A stretch of DNA of 64,000 nt, taken from contig OZ024743.1 in NCBI GenBank assembly GCA_964016885.1, positions 219,232,001 through 219,296,000 on the forward strand. Reading direction: 5' to 3'. The notes under the pieces are model-generated. The model made no database searches. It was not told the origin of the DNA and worked only from the letters and a program-made list of their open reading frames with translations. Below are positions 22,873 through 37,400 of this stretch, one piece after another (within the stretch, counting starts at the first letter, position 1; the number at the start of each line of letters is the position of its first letter). Both the position numbers and the translations under genes were made by a program. The stretch is from Eledone cirrhosa (Eukaryota).

Positions 22873-24311
22873 CTGAAATAGAAATATATATCATAAATAT
22901 CTAAAGATTTATCAAAACACTTGGAGGATTTGAAATGTTGAAAATTGAAATGCTGGAATCCAAATGCAGAAATCGCTATAAATAATAAACTTTAGAAAAT
23001 CAGATAAATTACCCTTGGGGAAAGAAAAAAGTGTTCAGCAGCTGGAATTTGTGAGATACATAGTGACTGATGACCACTGTTTTCTGTTATTTAAGGGTAT
23101 TTTACCTGATTTTCTAAAGCTATTTGTAGCAATTCCTGTGTTTGGATTCCCATATTTCATTCATATATATATATAACATGGTTGGCATTAGGAAGGGGAT
23201 ACAGCTGTAGAAACCATACTAAATATGGAATGTATAAGAATGATGAGATCTCTCCAACCTGCCTAATCTTAGACCATGGCAACCTGTCCAAACCATGACA
23301 GTATGGAAGGCAGACATAAAATGATGATGATGATACACATACATACATATAAATACATATACATATATGCAGGGCAAGTGGGTTTAGGTGGAGAAGATAT
23401 TGGGATAGCAAGTTCAAACAGGTAGAGGCTATTATTGTAGTAGTGACAGAAGAAACATAATGTAGCAACAGTGCATCTGTAAGCTAGTAGTTGAAGTGTG
23501 TATAGTAGAAGCATCCACCCATCTATGTTATCTGTATGTTTGACATCTGGCCAGAATTCTCTCACCTCTTTCTGTTCAAACTGACTGTGATTGGCTGCTC
23601 ATACTGATGTTAAATGTATTCTCAAAATAAATCATAACATCATCAAAATCTCAGATTCAATATTGTGTGAGATAATTATGTGAGATAAAGCCTTTACCAC
23701 TGAAATACAATAGTAAAAATAATGTAAATGCTAAAGGGTTAAAGCGCTTGTTGTTGTTTGTTGTAAGATTTAAATCCAGTAGAATATACTGAAAAAAAAT
23801 GTTGGAATTTACCCCAGTTTTCACGATGCTAAGAGTAGAGAGACTGTTTTACCCCTGGAGAAGTTATCAGCCTATCACAGGCTTTGTACATGGAAAAACA
23901 TCAGTTCAGTAATACAGGCTAACAAAATCCCCATCACTTATAGAATACAATATCTCTGGTACTTATTGTGGGAAACAGTACCCCATATCATCATCATCGT
24001 TTTAACGTTTGCTTTCTCTGCAAGTAAGGGTTGGACAGCTCTACATAGACCAAGTCAGTACTGAAGTGCTAGCTACTAATCTCCCAGACAAACGAGGGAT
24101 CTGTCGTCTCGTTTATGCACAGATAGTATTTATTTATATTTAGATGACTGAGATATTAACAGTTAAGTGACTTTACCATGGTTATTATACAGTACGAATA
24201 AAGAGATTTAAACCATCAAACCTTTAATCAGAAGAAAAATATTATACTATTGCTTCAAACAGCTTATGATTGCTAATAACATTAGTAGATATATACTCAA
24301 AACCTTATTTA

Positions 24312-27115
24312 CTGTATATACTCGAATAAAACCTGGAGAAGAAAGATCTGGAAGCTGAAAGTCCCCTCAACCAGTAACAGATTTAAAGATATTTTACTCA
24401 ACGCCTACGACAGTAAAGAAGAACAGATAGAGACATTTAATGTAGAAGAGAACTGGGAGTTCCTAAAAAATAATTTACTAGAGGCGACGGACGAGGTCTG
24501 TGGCTGGAGTAAGACCTCAAGCAGGAGGAGAGTGACTTGGTGGTGGAACAATAAGGTAGATGAAGCAGTCAAGGCCAAGAGACAGGCATGGAAAGAATGG
24601 AAGAACGGGGGGAGCAGGGTACATTACATAGAGACCAAGAGGGAAGCTAGGCGACAAGTATACTTAGCTAGGAGGGAAGCAGAGGATAGAAAATTCAAGC
24701 ATGTTTTACAACGTGAGGACCAGAAACAGGAGGTATTCAAGATTGCGAGGCAGTGTGTCAGAGATAGTTGTGATGTCATTGGAGAGAAGTGTATCCGGAA
24801 TGATAAAGGTGAGCTTGCCCTCACAAGTGCTGAGAAGAAAGATGCATGGAAGAGTCATTATGATAGATTACTAAATGAGGAGAATGCATGGGAAGAAGAG
24901 ACCCTACCCCAAGTAGACCCTATAGAGGGACCAGCAGTACAAGTCAGCGGCAGCGTAGTAAGTAAGGCAATCAGAGATATGAAGATGGGGAAGGCAACCG
25001 GTCCATCGGGTATAGCTGCCGAGATGCTGAAGGCATCTGGGTCTGTAGGTCACACTATAACCACACGTATCGTTAACCAGGTAATACTAGAAGGGGCCAT
25101 ACCAAAAGATTGGTGCAGTAGCATCATTGTCAACTGCTACAAAGGCAAAGGCGATGCACTAGATAGAGGAAACTATAGAGGTATAAAGTTGATGGACCAG
25201 GTCATGAAAGTAACAGAAAGAGTTATAGCACAGCTGATTAGGGACCGGGTGAATATAGACGAGATGCAATTTGGGTTTGTACCAGGAAGAGGCACCACTG
25301 ATGCCCTCTTTCTTGTGAGGCAATTACAGGAAAAGTACCTAGCTAAAAGTAAGCCACTCTACTTGGCATTTGTCGACCTTGAGAAAGCCTTTGACAGAGT
25401 TCCAAGTGCTGTAATCTGGTGGGCTCTTAGAAAACTAGGAGTAGATGAATGGCTTGTGAAAGCGGTACAAGCCATGTATAGGGGAGCAGTCAGCAAAGTT
25501 AGATTTAGCAATGAGTATAGTGAGGAATTTAGCGTACAGGTTGGGGTCCACCAGGGCTCTGTTCTTAGCCCTCTCCTGTTCATCATAGTCCTGCAGGCAA
25601 TAACGGAGGAATTTAAAACCGGATGCCCATGGGAACTCCTGTATGCTGATAACCTCGCACTCATAGCTGAATCTATGATAGAACTAGAGAATAAATTCCA
25701 AACCTGGAAGCAGGGACTAGAGAGAAAGGGTCTCAAAGTCAACATGACAAAGACTAAGGTCCTTGTAAGTAGACGAGAAAACAGAACCCAGATCCCCTCA
25801 GGGAAATGGCCTTGCTCAGTATGTAGGAAAGGTGTAGGTAGGAACTCCATTCTCTGCCCCAAATGCAAACAATGGGTACACAAGAGATGTAGCGGGATCT
25901 CAGGAAGCTTAATTAAGAATGTAAGATTCACATGCAGCAGCTGTGCTGAAACAGCAAGCAGCAAACAGCCACAGGAAACAAGTACCACCAATCTCTGGGA
26001 GGGCCCTGTAGAAACAGTAGACAGCTTCTGCTACCTAGGTGACCGAATTAGCAACGGAGGTGGGTGTTCAGAAAGTACAATAACTAGGGTAAGAACGGGA
26101 TGGAAGAAGTTTAGGGAACTACTACCACTGCTAGCTGCAAAAGGCTTCTCCCTCAGAATGAAAGGCAGACTGTATGATGCGTGTATCCGAACAGCGATGT
26201 TGCATGGTAGTGAGACCTGGGCGCTGAAGGTGGAAGACTTACGTAGATTAGAGAGAAACGAATCCTGCATGTTCCGATGGATGTGTAACAGTAATATACG
26301 TGAACGACAAAGCATAAATGAATTGAGAGAGAGACTGAGCATAAGAGGAATCAAATGCTGTGTGCAGGAGAGGCGGTTGCGCTGGTATGGACATGTGATG
26401 CGTATGAAGGATGACAGCTGCATAAAAAGGTGCAGAGCACTAGAAGTTGATGGAAACAGCGGAGTGGGGAGACCCAAGATGACCTGGGATGAGGTGATAA
26501 AAGCCGACCTTACCCAATTACACCTCTCAAAGACAATGACACACGACCGTGACTTCTGGCGTCACGCAGTAATACAGAGTACCCGACCTCCCATGGGTAC
26601 ATGCTGAAGCATATAGACAATATGCCCCCCCCCCCCCCACCGCAAGGTGGTCGTGGAGGTGCCACGGCAAAAAAGCACCCAGCCCACACTGTAAAGTGGA
26701 CGTGTAGGCGCCACGAAAAAGCACCCAGCACTCACTGTAAATGAGGTTGGTGTTAGGAAGGGCATCCAGCTGTAGAAATCAAGCCAGATCAGTTCCTGTA
26801 TGAGCAAGGCATGGTCAGCCGACCAGACACTGCACACAACAGGACAACCCGTCTAACCCATGCTAGCGTGGAAGAACGGACATAAAACGGTGATGATGAT
26901 GATGAAAAGCTGAGGAATATGGGACAAAAAATCCATGGTAAAATGGCAGTGAGGTGGAGGTGGCTTATATTCGGTGTCAATATTTTGACAATTTTCACCA
27001 ACTTCAAATTCAAACTTTTCTTTTTTACATTTCCTTGGCTTATAAACAGGGGTTGGATTTTTGCCCATTTCTCAGGCATAACATAGTGGGGTGACTTATA
27101 TTCGAGTATATATGG
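24312..27115. mobile_element. Tc1/pogo-type MITE interrupted by RTE copy A1 (intact copies at 19650-19840 and 52895-53109)
   Basis: Ends ctgtatatactcgaata / tattcgagtatatatgg; the body resumes at 26905 (aagctgaggaatatg). Confidence 0.8.
24330..26904 (+). mobile_element. Young 5'-truncated RTE LINE (copy A1), open RT frame 24331-26607 with YADN
   Basis: Uninterrupted ORF with RT motifs, 3' UTR and (GAT)n tail; nearly identical to 41439-44031. Confidence 0.97.
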
Positions 27116-30100
27116 TCAGTGGAATGTAGCAGCTGGCATACAATTTCCTATAAGAAAACCATATATCTTTAGAAGAGTTAAAGTAAACTTTAAAATTCAC
27201 TCTTATTTTGTCCATGTACATAGAAAATAACACTAATAAAATCAAGAAGTTTTGGATAGACATAGCTTTAGAGATTCTGAAAGAAAAACAACAATCACTA
27301 GGTTAATACGAAGTGAGCTGAAATGTTCAGAGGCTGATTATGAGTGATACTAGAGCTGTGAAACCTTGCATGCATTAATTTCAACTCTTCTTATTAATAA
27401 CTGCATTGTTTTTTTTCTAGGGACTATGCTAAAAAATAAAGCTCATTTGGATATTCTATAAAAGTGTCTTGGTCAGCCTATGAACTTTTCAGCAGACCTT
27501 TGTACAACTAACAACATTGACCTTTGTAAGTACAAACAATATCTATGTGGAAAAACAATGCAACAATAAAATTTAACGAAGATAATCTGATCAAAGAACA
27601 TAGCTTATTAGAAGAAATTAGAGATAATATATGAAAATTAGGACAGTATATTTTGGTAATAAGCAGTTACTGAATAAACTATTATATGACTATAATATGT
27701 GAAAGATAGTGAGTTAGATAAACATATTTAATCACAGATTATATCATCATGACAACAGAATGATGAAATAATAATATATATAACAATAAATACCAAACAA
27801 CACACTACCAGTGAGGCTCTTCATGGCTGCTCACAATACTAGAAATAGTAACCAAATATCTCTCAAATCACACACAATTTCAAATAAAGGACATGTTGGA
27901 TTATGTAGTCCAAGGTATACTATTATTTAGAAAAAAAAACAAAAAAAATCTGGTCACGGCTTGAATTTATTTGATCACTATATCAGCTATATCAAGGCTG
28001 ACAGGGGACCCTATATCAGCTATATCAGGGCTGACTATGGGCCAAACAACACAAGATATAAGACATACTGATATTTGTTTTAAATGTCTTTATATGATAA
28101 TATGGTTTTGATTGTTAATCAACATCATCATCATCATTTAACATCCATGCTAGATATTGTGTGACAAGCCAGATCAGATGATCATATATTGCTCATATAG
28201 AACTATTTTCAGCTTGGTATCTACAGCTAGATGCCCTTCCTAACGCCACCCACATTTAATATGTGTACTGGGTGCTTTTTATTCTCAACCACACTATCAC
28301 AATTAATTTGGCCTTTAAAAGACAGTAATACTGACTATTCGATCTCTTGGCAAAGGATATCAAAAGCGCCTGTTTACTAGAATATGGCTCTCTCAAGAAT
28401 TCGTCATCTCTGTATTGAACAAATCTTTCTATAAGTTCCGGTATATAAAAAGAGCACATTAACCAAACACTTAAAGGAAACTACCAACAGTTTACTACAT
28501 TTCTAGATGACTGTTGATACAACACAATTATCTTCTACACTACTGATAATGCCATATATAAAACAGGATTATATTAACACTACTTACTATTCTAATAGAA
28601 GTGAAGGCAGTGGATTGGCAGAATTGGTAGAGTGTTGGACACCATGCTTTGCAGCATAGAGTTACGGCACTTTATGTTTTGAGTTCAAATCTAGCAGAAC
28701 TCAGTTTTGCCTTTCATCCTTACAGGGTCGATAAAATAAAGTACCAGTAACATGCTAGGGTTGACTTAATCGACTTTCCCATCCCCCAAAATTGCTGGCC
28801 TTGTGTCTATAGTAGAAATCATTATTCTAAGAGAAGTTAAACTATTTAATAGATACCAATTATACTAATGTATAGATAGGTTGCACCAGTAAAACCACAC
28901 CTTCATTTTACATGAAACATTTACAATGTACTATATATTTTGAATTGAGGTTGTCTAGACCCAGTAAAATCCAATAGATAAGTTGTTGCTGTTTTTTCAC
29001 ATTGTACTTTTGTGGAGAAAGATGTGATTTTTACATGAGTACATACATTGAAGGCACTTGAATTTGTGGTTAGGGTATTCAGCTCACAATCGTAAGGTCA
29101 TGAGTTTGATTCCCGGCGGCATGCTGTGTCCTTGAGCAAGACACTTTATTTCACATTGCTCCAGTTCACTCAGCTGGTAAAAATGAGTTATAACTGTAGT
29201 TCGAAGGATCAGCCTAGTCATACACTGAATCTCCCTGAGAACTACATAAAGGGTATGCATGTCTGTGGAATGCTCAGCAACTTGCACGTTAATTTCATGA
29301 ACAGGCTGTTCTGTTGATTGGATCAACTGGAACACTCATCGTCATAACTAACGGAGTGCCTCCATCATCCAGATATATTTTATGGTGTGGTTTAGTCCCA
29401 AATTAGCGTTGGTAGAAAAGACTTATGACCAATGACATTCAAGCTATGGTCATCTTGAGACTTTTTTCCAGCATAAAACAACAAAACAAACAGCTGTAAT
29501 TAAATCATTGCAGAGTAATTAACTCGAAGTAGTAAAAAACCCAAATGTCATGATACCGCTATAAATGTGAGGTTTAATAGACTACATTATTTGGTAGATT
29601 GGCAGTATCAGTAGAGCGACGGACAACATGCTTTATGGCATAGAATTACAGTCCTTTACAATCTGAGTTCAAATCCTGCCGATGTTAGCTTTGCCTTTCA
29701 TCTTTACGGAGTCAATAAAATGAAGCACCAGTAATGCATTGGGGTCAATTTAATTGACTTTCTCTTCCCCAAAATTGCTGGCCTTGTGCCTAAATCAGAA
29801 ACCATTATTTAATGTGTTATTCCCTTTTTAAGATGGCAGGGTATGATTTAAAGGAGATTTAGTGGCTATTTGTAGCAGGTTGAGTGATCATGTAGTGGCT
29901 ACTTCATTGGTTCATGTAATAGAGAAGAACTGTGGAGTTCAGAAATGGTAAATATCAGCTGCTTGAGTAGTCAACAAAACATTGTTTATTTAGCATCTAG
30001 TTGTCTATTGTCCCTCAAAAGGAAGCTGATGCTCTATTGAATGAAATTTTAACAAATATGCTATATTGGCATTTAATTTCCTCCAGTGTTTTCTATTCAT

Positions 30101-33100
30101 GTTTTATTGTGGAATTTTGATCAATAAAAATATTTGATCATCTGCCAAGCCATCTATTGTGAAAGAAAAAAAAAACACAGAAGATGAGGTTAAAATCTGC
30201 TCAGCGAGAAGATTAATAATCCCTCATCACAGAAATACTGAAATACAACTAGTTTATACAATAATTGAATCAACCATTGACAATATTATTTGTCTTTCAC
30301 ATCATTATTCTCTCCTCTGCCCACTGACATCGACATTGTTAATACAACACTTTTCAAACCCAATGATGTGCAGAAAATTAAATCTTCCTCACTAAAAAGT
30401 AGGTTTTATACATTGAAACAACACAGCTAAATATCTGATAACCAAAATAAAAACAGAAAAAGAACTCCATAAAAGAATCAACAACAATACAAACAGTAGT
30501 AAGTAAATTATTGCAGAGAACTAGAAGTGGTAAAAAATACAACTGTCATGGCCATTCTGTAAATGGGAGAGTTAACATTTCCAACACAACTATCATGGCT
30601 GTTCTGTAAATGTGAGGGTTAACAACATATTCAAGTAAAATGTTAAGTGATGGTGATCAGCTGATTGTCTCCCCAAATTATATGCCAAAGGTCATATATC
30701 AGTTAATAAGACAGCTTTCATACCCAAAGTGATATAGCACCCAAATCACCCTCAATAAACTTATGTAAATCTCAAGAAGTTTATTTGTTAGTATTATTTG
30801 CGGTGGATTGGCAGTATCGGTAGAGGCTCGGACGCCATGCTTTGATGCATAGAGTTACGGCCCTTGCCATTCATCCTTACGGGGTCGATAAAATAAAGTA
30901 CCAGTAATACACTGAGTAATTGCTGGCCTTGTGCCAAAAGTAGAAACAATTATTTGTATTTTATGTGGTTTAGTCAGAGGAGGAAGGATAGCTCCCATGA
31001 CTTTATTGCAGGGTTTCTGAGACTAGTAGAGGGAAGGGAGGAAGAATTCATGATTCACATATTTATCCTCTGACTAGAGAGCTACTAAAAACAGAGGTTT
31101 GTCTAATCGGTTCTGACCTAGGGCGAAACAACAGCAATAACATGAGATAGCAGGATTAAATCCATACTAAGCATAACTTTAATCCTCATGAAGCATATAT
31201 TTAATTCAGTATGATCTAATATAAGCATGAATTGAATCTAGTATAATCCACTATGAGCTTCAATTAAAGCCAGGATGATACTCTGGAATATGACTGTCTA
31301 GACTACCAAGGAAGTCATGAGAATTATCCAAATAATATAATAATCAAACAGAGACAGGAAAAGCTCTGGACATTAATGGGTATCTTTATGTCTCCCAACT
31401 AAAACATTGTCAGAAGTTGAAAAGCTATCAAAGTCGAATGACATTGAAATGAAAATAAGCAAGAGAAAAAAATGGTATTGAAAATAATTGGTGAACTGAG
31501 TATGATAAAAAAGAACAAAAACATAAACATTATATCAAGACTTGCCCTTTACACACAGTTCACAATATATATTCTACATAAAATATCTTCAATTCAATAA
31601 AGCAACTCATCTAAAGTCTGTCTCGACCCTGGTGACTCATCAGCCTAGTGCTTATCCCAGTTTCCGTGGCGTTAAGTGACCGAGAGTACAAGACTCCCTC
31701 CATGGCCATAACACCAATCCATTGCAGGGTTAAATCCCCAGCTATTGCTGCTGTTATTCATTTTCAGCTGAGTATACTGGAGCAACATGAAATGAAGTGT
31801 TTTTCTTTTACTGTAATAATCTACCTGTATTTCGTCCCACTCTCAGACATTCTAATCACATCAGGTATGTTTCTCATATTGATAACTACACACTGTATTT
31901 GTGTATGTGAATATACATATGTGTATATAAACCCAGTCCAGAAATCTAACCCATGACATTATGATCCAACCAACACCCTTACCAGTTGGCCACATGCCTT
32001 CACAAGATAACTCATACAATCACATAAATGGCACTGTCAACTCCCAGTCATGTCAAAGTTTTCACAATCAAATCAACAAGAGTAACGAAAAAACAACATC
32101 ATAGCACAACACATTAGATATAACACAAACCCTTTATCAACTCCCCATATGGTAATACTGCTGCATACCACTTCAGGAATACAAGAGGTATACCAACAGG
32201 CAGTATAGTGAAACATTTGCATGACACTAATAAAAATAATAAATGACACTAATAAAAAATAATAAACGACACTAATAAAAAATAATAAATGACACTAATA
32301 AATGATTTCTGATTTTTTTGGGGGGGGGGGGGGGGAGTTGATTATATTGATCCCAGTACTTTACTGGTACTTTATTTTAAGACACCCCCCCCCCCCGCCT
32401 CCCTCTAGAATGTGAAGGGTTGTAACCAAATCTTATGAAGCTTTTTGACCAATATTCTAATGATTCTGCCATTCTACTACCCTCAATAAAAATACAAATG
32501 GTCTATGATTTAGGTACAAGGCCAACAATGTGGGGGAGGGGAAAGTCAATTAAATCGACGCCAGTGCATTACTGTTATTTTATTTTATCGACCCTGTAAG
32601 GATGAAAAGCAAAGTTAACCTCAGCAGCATTTGAACTCAGAATGTAAAGGGATGTAACTCTATGCCACGAAGCATGTTGCCCGATCTCTACCGTTATTGC
32701 CAATCCACCACCTTTCATTAAAAACGAATAATAATGTTTCTACTTTTGATACAAGGCCAGCAATTACCCCAGTGCATTACTGGTACTTTATTTTATTGAC
32801 CCTGTACGGATGAAAGGGTCGATAAAATAAAGTAGGATGAAGTTAACCTCAACGGGATTTGAACTCAGAACGTAAAGGGCCATAACTATGCTGCAAAGCA
32901 TGGTGTCTGACGTTCTACCAATACTGCTAATCCACCGAATGTCTACTATTGGTACAAGGCAGAGAGAATGATGTAGTTGATTAAATTAACTTCTGTATGT
33001 GACTGGTATCTTATAGAGATGAAAGACAAAATTTAATCTGCTGGGATTTGAGCTCATAATGAAAAGATGTACAGCAAAATACTGTAAAGCTTCACTATAA

Positions 33101-33152
33101 TACACTAATACTTAAATCTAGTATACAAGGGTTAGATAAACTGACTATGAAG

Positions 33153-33950
33153 AAGTGATACCAGAGCTGTGAAATCTTGCATGCATTAATTTCAACCCTT
33201 CTTATTAATAACTGCATTGTTTCTTTCCAGGGATTATGTTGAAAAATAAACCTCATTTGGTCATTCCATGAGAGTATCTTGGTCAGCTTATGAAAGAGTG
33301 ATGCTAGAGCTGTGAAATCTTACATGCATTAATTTCAACTCTTCTTATTAATAACTGCATTGTTTCTTTCCAGGGATTATGTTGAAAAATAAACCTCATT
33401 TGGTCATTCCATGAGAGTATCTTGGTCAGCTTATGAAAGAGTGATGCTAGAGCTGTGAAATCTTACATGCATTAATTTCAACTCTTCTTATTAATAACTG
33501 CATTGTTTCTTTCCAGAGATTATGTTGAAAAATAAACCTCATTTGGTCATTCCATGAGAGTATCTTGGTCAGCTTATGAAAGAGTGATGCTAGAGCTGTG
33601 AAATCTTACATGCATTAATTTCAACTCTTCTTATTAATAACTGCATTGTTTCTTTCCAGGGATTATGTTGAAAAATAAACCTCATTTGGTCATTCCATGA
33701 GAGTATCTTGGTCAGCTTATGAAAGAGTGATGCTAGAGCTGTGAAATCTTACATGCATTAATTTCAACTCTTCTTATTAATAACTGCATTGTTTCTTTCC
33801 AGGGATTATGTTGAAAAATAAACCTCATTTGGTCATTCCATGAGAGTATCTTGGTCAGCTTATGAAAGAGTGATGCTAGAGCTGTGAAATCTTACATGCA
33901 TTAATTTCAACTCTTCTTATTAATAACTGCATTGTTTCTTTCCAAGGACT
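33153..33950. repeat. 143-bp tandem repeat (about 5.6 units) within a mariner-like MITE
   Basis: Units start at 33153, 33296, 33439, 33582, 33725 and 33868; nearly identical. Confidence 0.95.
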
Positions 33951-34172
33951 ATCATCATCATCATCATCATCATTTTACGTCCACTTTTACTTGCTTGCAT
34001 TTGGTCATTCCATGAGAGTATCTTGGTCAGCCTATGAACTTTTTAGCCAACCCTCCTATTACATTTTCTTTAACTAGTAATTAAATCTAGTGTATTACTT
34101 ACATTTTCTTTAACTAGTAATTAAATCTATTGTATTATCTACATTTTCTTTAACTAGTAATTAAATTTAGTA

Positions 34173-34493
34173 CAGTGGAACCTTGTTTCATGAACGCCTC
34201 ACTTCATGAACAAATCAGTTCACAAACAATTTTCTGAACATAAAACGTCTAGGTTGATGAACAGTGTCTTGAATAAAGAATACGCAAGCCAGCAATAACA
34301 GTTGGTGATAAGCTTGGAGTATTGGTGGGAAAGCATCACTTGCTGTGTAGGCAATTACTATGGTCATATCTATCTGTCTTTCACACAGTCTCTCTCAACA
34401 TTTTGTATAGGAAAAATAGTTTTAGTTTATGAATATTTTGGATGAAGAATGGCCTTCGGGGATGAATTAAGTTCATGAACTGAGATTCCAGTG
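34173..34493. mobile_element. Tigger/pogo-like MITE
   Basis: TA-CAGTGGAACCTTGTTTCATGAAC ... GTTCATGAACTGAGATTCCAGTG-TA. Confidence 0.8.
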
Positions 34494-37400
34494 TATATTA
34501 CTGACATTTACGTTATCAACTCTGGACAAATAAAATGTAAAATTACTCTGATAAAATTTGAGCACAAGACTTGTAACACTCAACTGGCTAAAGCCGGTGT
34601 TATCTCAACTGGTTTAGCTGACTCATACCATTAAAAGAGATCTTATTAGGTTTAGTTATCTAATTGCTGGTAGTGAGGTTATATAAATACTAAACCACTC
34701 ATCCAACTTCCTCTTACCGGAAGCTACCTCTATTTCTTCCTACTCTTAGACAACATTCTAATTACATCACGTGTGATTCTCATATTGATAACTACACACT
34801 GTATTTGTGTGTGTGAATATACATGTGTATATAATGTCCTTGTGTGTTTATGTGTGTATTATATAAATATATATAAACACACACACACACACACAGATAT
34901 AGATAGAAAGATATATCATTATGTACATACATATCCGAGATATGCCATCTGGGTTTTTGGTGATGTTGTTTAGCCATAGGTGAACCATGACTGAACAGAA
35001 GCATAACCAAAAGAATTCTACCAAGACCATGCCACCTTTTCATCAAATATTGCACTCAGCTATAGAAATCATGTGAGTGAGACATGGCCCACCTGACTCA
35101 TTTAGGAAGGCAGTAACTCCGAATAAGAACTCAGACCAAAACGACCTGTCCAACCCATGCCAGCATATGATGATATATATATATACACACACATATATAT
35201 ATATAGTTTCAAAAAACCCCAGCATGACTAAGTCTTTAGAGTGTGAACAAAGACAATGGAAAAAACAACAAAAAGACGGACAGTCCCATTTCCTCAGTCA
35301 ACCTCTGGAAATCACTATGGTTTTGGTAAATTAAGGTTGATACCATTCATTCCTGTGCACAGGAACAAAACAGGTAGAAACAAAGACAGGACAAGTTATG
35401 CCTTTAGGAAAATTATACAAATATAGATGAGAAAGTATCCCAAGTGTGTCAACCGATAAAGAAGGAACAGAATGGTGTGTGAGGGCTTAGCCAAAGGAGA
35501 AAAAAAATTAAGAAAGGAGAAAAATAGTAACACAGAAGAGAATAATATGGATTACAGTCCAATGTGCAGACAAAAACATGCATATATATTTTCTTAGTTA
35601 ATTTGGCTATTTTTTAACTGGTCCATCAGAGATAGTCCTTGAGATGCTAAAATCTTCTGGAGAAGAAAAAAATCAAATTAGTCACCCATATGATCAATCA
35701 GGTAACTCATAATAGGGTCATACCCAATGACTGGCATGGCAGTAAACTCATTAATTGTTACAAATGTGATGCACTAAAAAGGAGTAACAACAGGGGCATA
35801 AAACTAATGGACAAAGATAAGAAAGTTCATAGTGTTTTAGAACAGCAGGATTAGAGCTTAGAATGCAAAAAACCGAAAGAAATACCACAAGACATCTTGT
35901 TGGATGCTCTAATAATATCATCAATCTGGTATTGGTACTATATTTTATTGATTCCTTTAAAAATGAAAGGCAAAGATGACCTTGGTAAGATTGTTCTGCT
36001 TCAGCATGGATCACAAAATTTGATTGGAACCAACAAAAGAAATATTTAAATAGATGCTTGCTTTTTAGTTGATTTTCTGTACATTATATCTTCTGAAGGT
36101 GCATGGCTTAGAGGTTAGAGTGTTGAGCTTGCATTTAGGAGATTGTGAGTTTGATTCTTGGACCTGATGATACATTGTGTCCTTGAGCAAGACACTTTAT
36201 TTTCACGTTGCTCCAGTTAACTCAGCTGTAGAAATGATTTGCGACATCACTGGTGCCAAGCTGTATTGGCCATTGCCTTTCCCTTGGATAACATCAGTAG
36301 CATGGATGTTTATGCAGGTGGTGTGTTGAGCCGCATATATTCTAGCCATTAGAAAAAGCAAAAATGAATGCTTCCCCTTTGAAAGAGGGATGACTCAAGA
36401 GGAAGATTTCTGATCATGATGGAACAAGTTTTTGGTAGATTAACCTCATTTACCTGTTATTATTTAACTAGCGGACATTGAATTGACCTATAATCCTGAG
36501 CCAATAAAGGAATGCCTCTGTGGTTACTTGAATTTCTAGAAATAGCAACCTAATTTCCATCAAATCCCATTCTACTGTCCCTGTGTGAAAAAGTCAGCAG
36601 ATTGTGCAGTGAGTGTTTGGGTGAGCCTATCAAACAGCTAGGGGTATGATTTCAGAATTAACACTATCAAGATTCTTTGACAGCAAGGTAAATTTGAATT
36701 CATATTCTTAATTGTTTGGTGACATAAGATTGCTTGAACATATATATATATATATATATATACACTCATTACATGATGAACTATCTTTCTCTCAATAAAA
36801 GAGGTATACAAATTCTTAAAAGATCTTTAAGGTAAAGGGCAAATTAATATGTTTATATCAATATATGTTCTACCAATTTTTTCAAATATACACATATCAT
36901 CTTCATTGCTGTTTATCAACCATATTTTTCCAGGTTGGATGGGTCATTATAAACCAAGTCAGCCCTCAATCAGATGGGTCAAGTGGTGTATCTTGCTTAC
37001 ATACATTCCTACATTTGATAGTGTTTACTGGGTGCACTTTGTCACGGCACCAACACTAGGAAGGTTGTTGTGCCCATGGTAACCCTGTGTTTGGCAAGTT
37101 TTTTACAGCTAAATGCTTTTCCGAATACCAACCATTTTTCAGAGTGTACCAAGTGCATTTTTCATGGCAGCAGCACTAGAGAAGTTTTCCAGTCATTGAC
37201 ATGATTGACGACACCTCTCAATTTTTTCGACACATTCCTACAGCAGGATGCTCTTCCTAACACCAACTACTTTAAAAAATATACTGAGAATCAGCACTAG
37301 AGAGATTGTTGGTTACTAACTCCACTGGAGATCCCTCTCTATCCTATGAGGGATGGGTGTACATTGACTCAAGTATAGGGAGTGAAGATGGGAGTAAAAG

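Noticed and set aside
25359-26477. Long antisense ORFs (210 aa and 148 aa) repeated in each young RTE copy
   Set aside because: They are shadows of the RT frame; the recurrence reflects copy identity, and no domain is recognisable.
31608-31650. Minus-strand CTGATGA...GAGAC hammerhead-like motif at the end of a SINE-like repeat
   Set aside because: GAGA instead of GAAA and weak stems; too degenerate to call.
33153-33950. Regular repeats resembling a CRISPR array (also 54166-54437)
   Set aside because: No unique spacers and no cas genes, in a eukaryotic context; these are plain tandem repeats.
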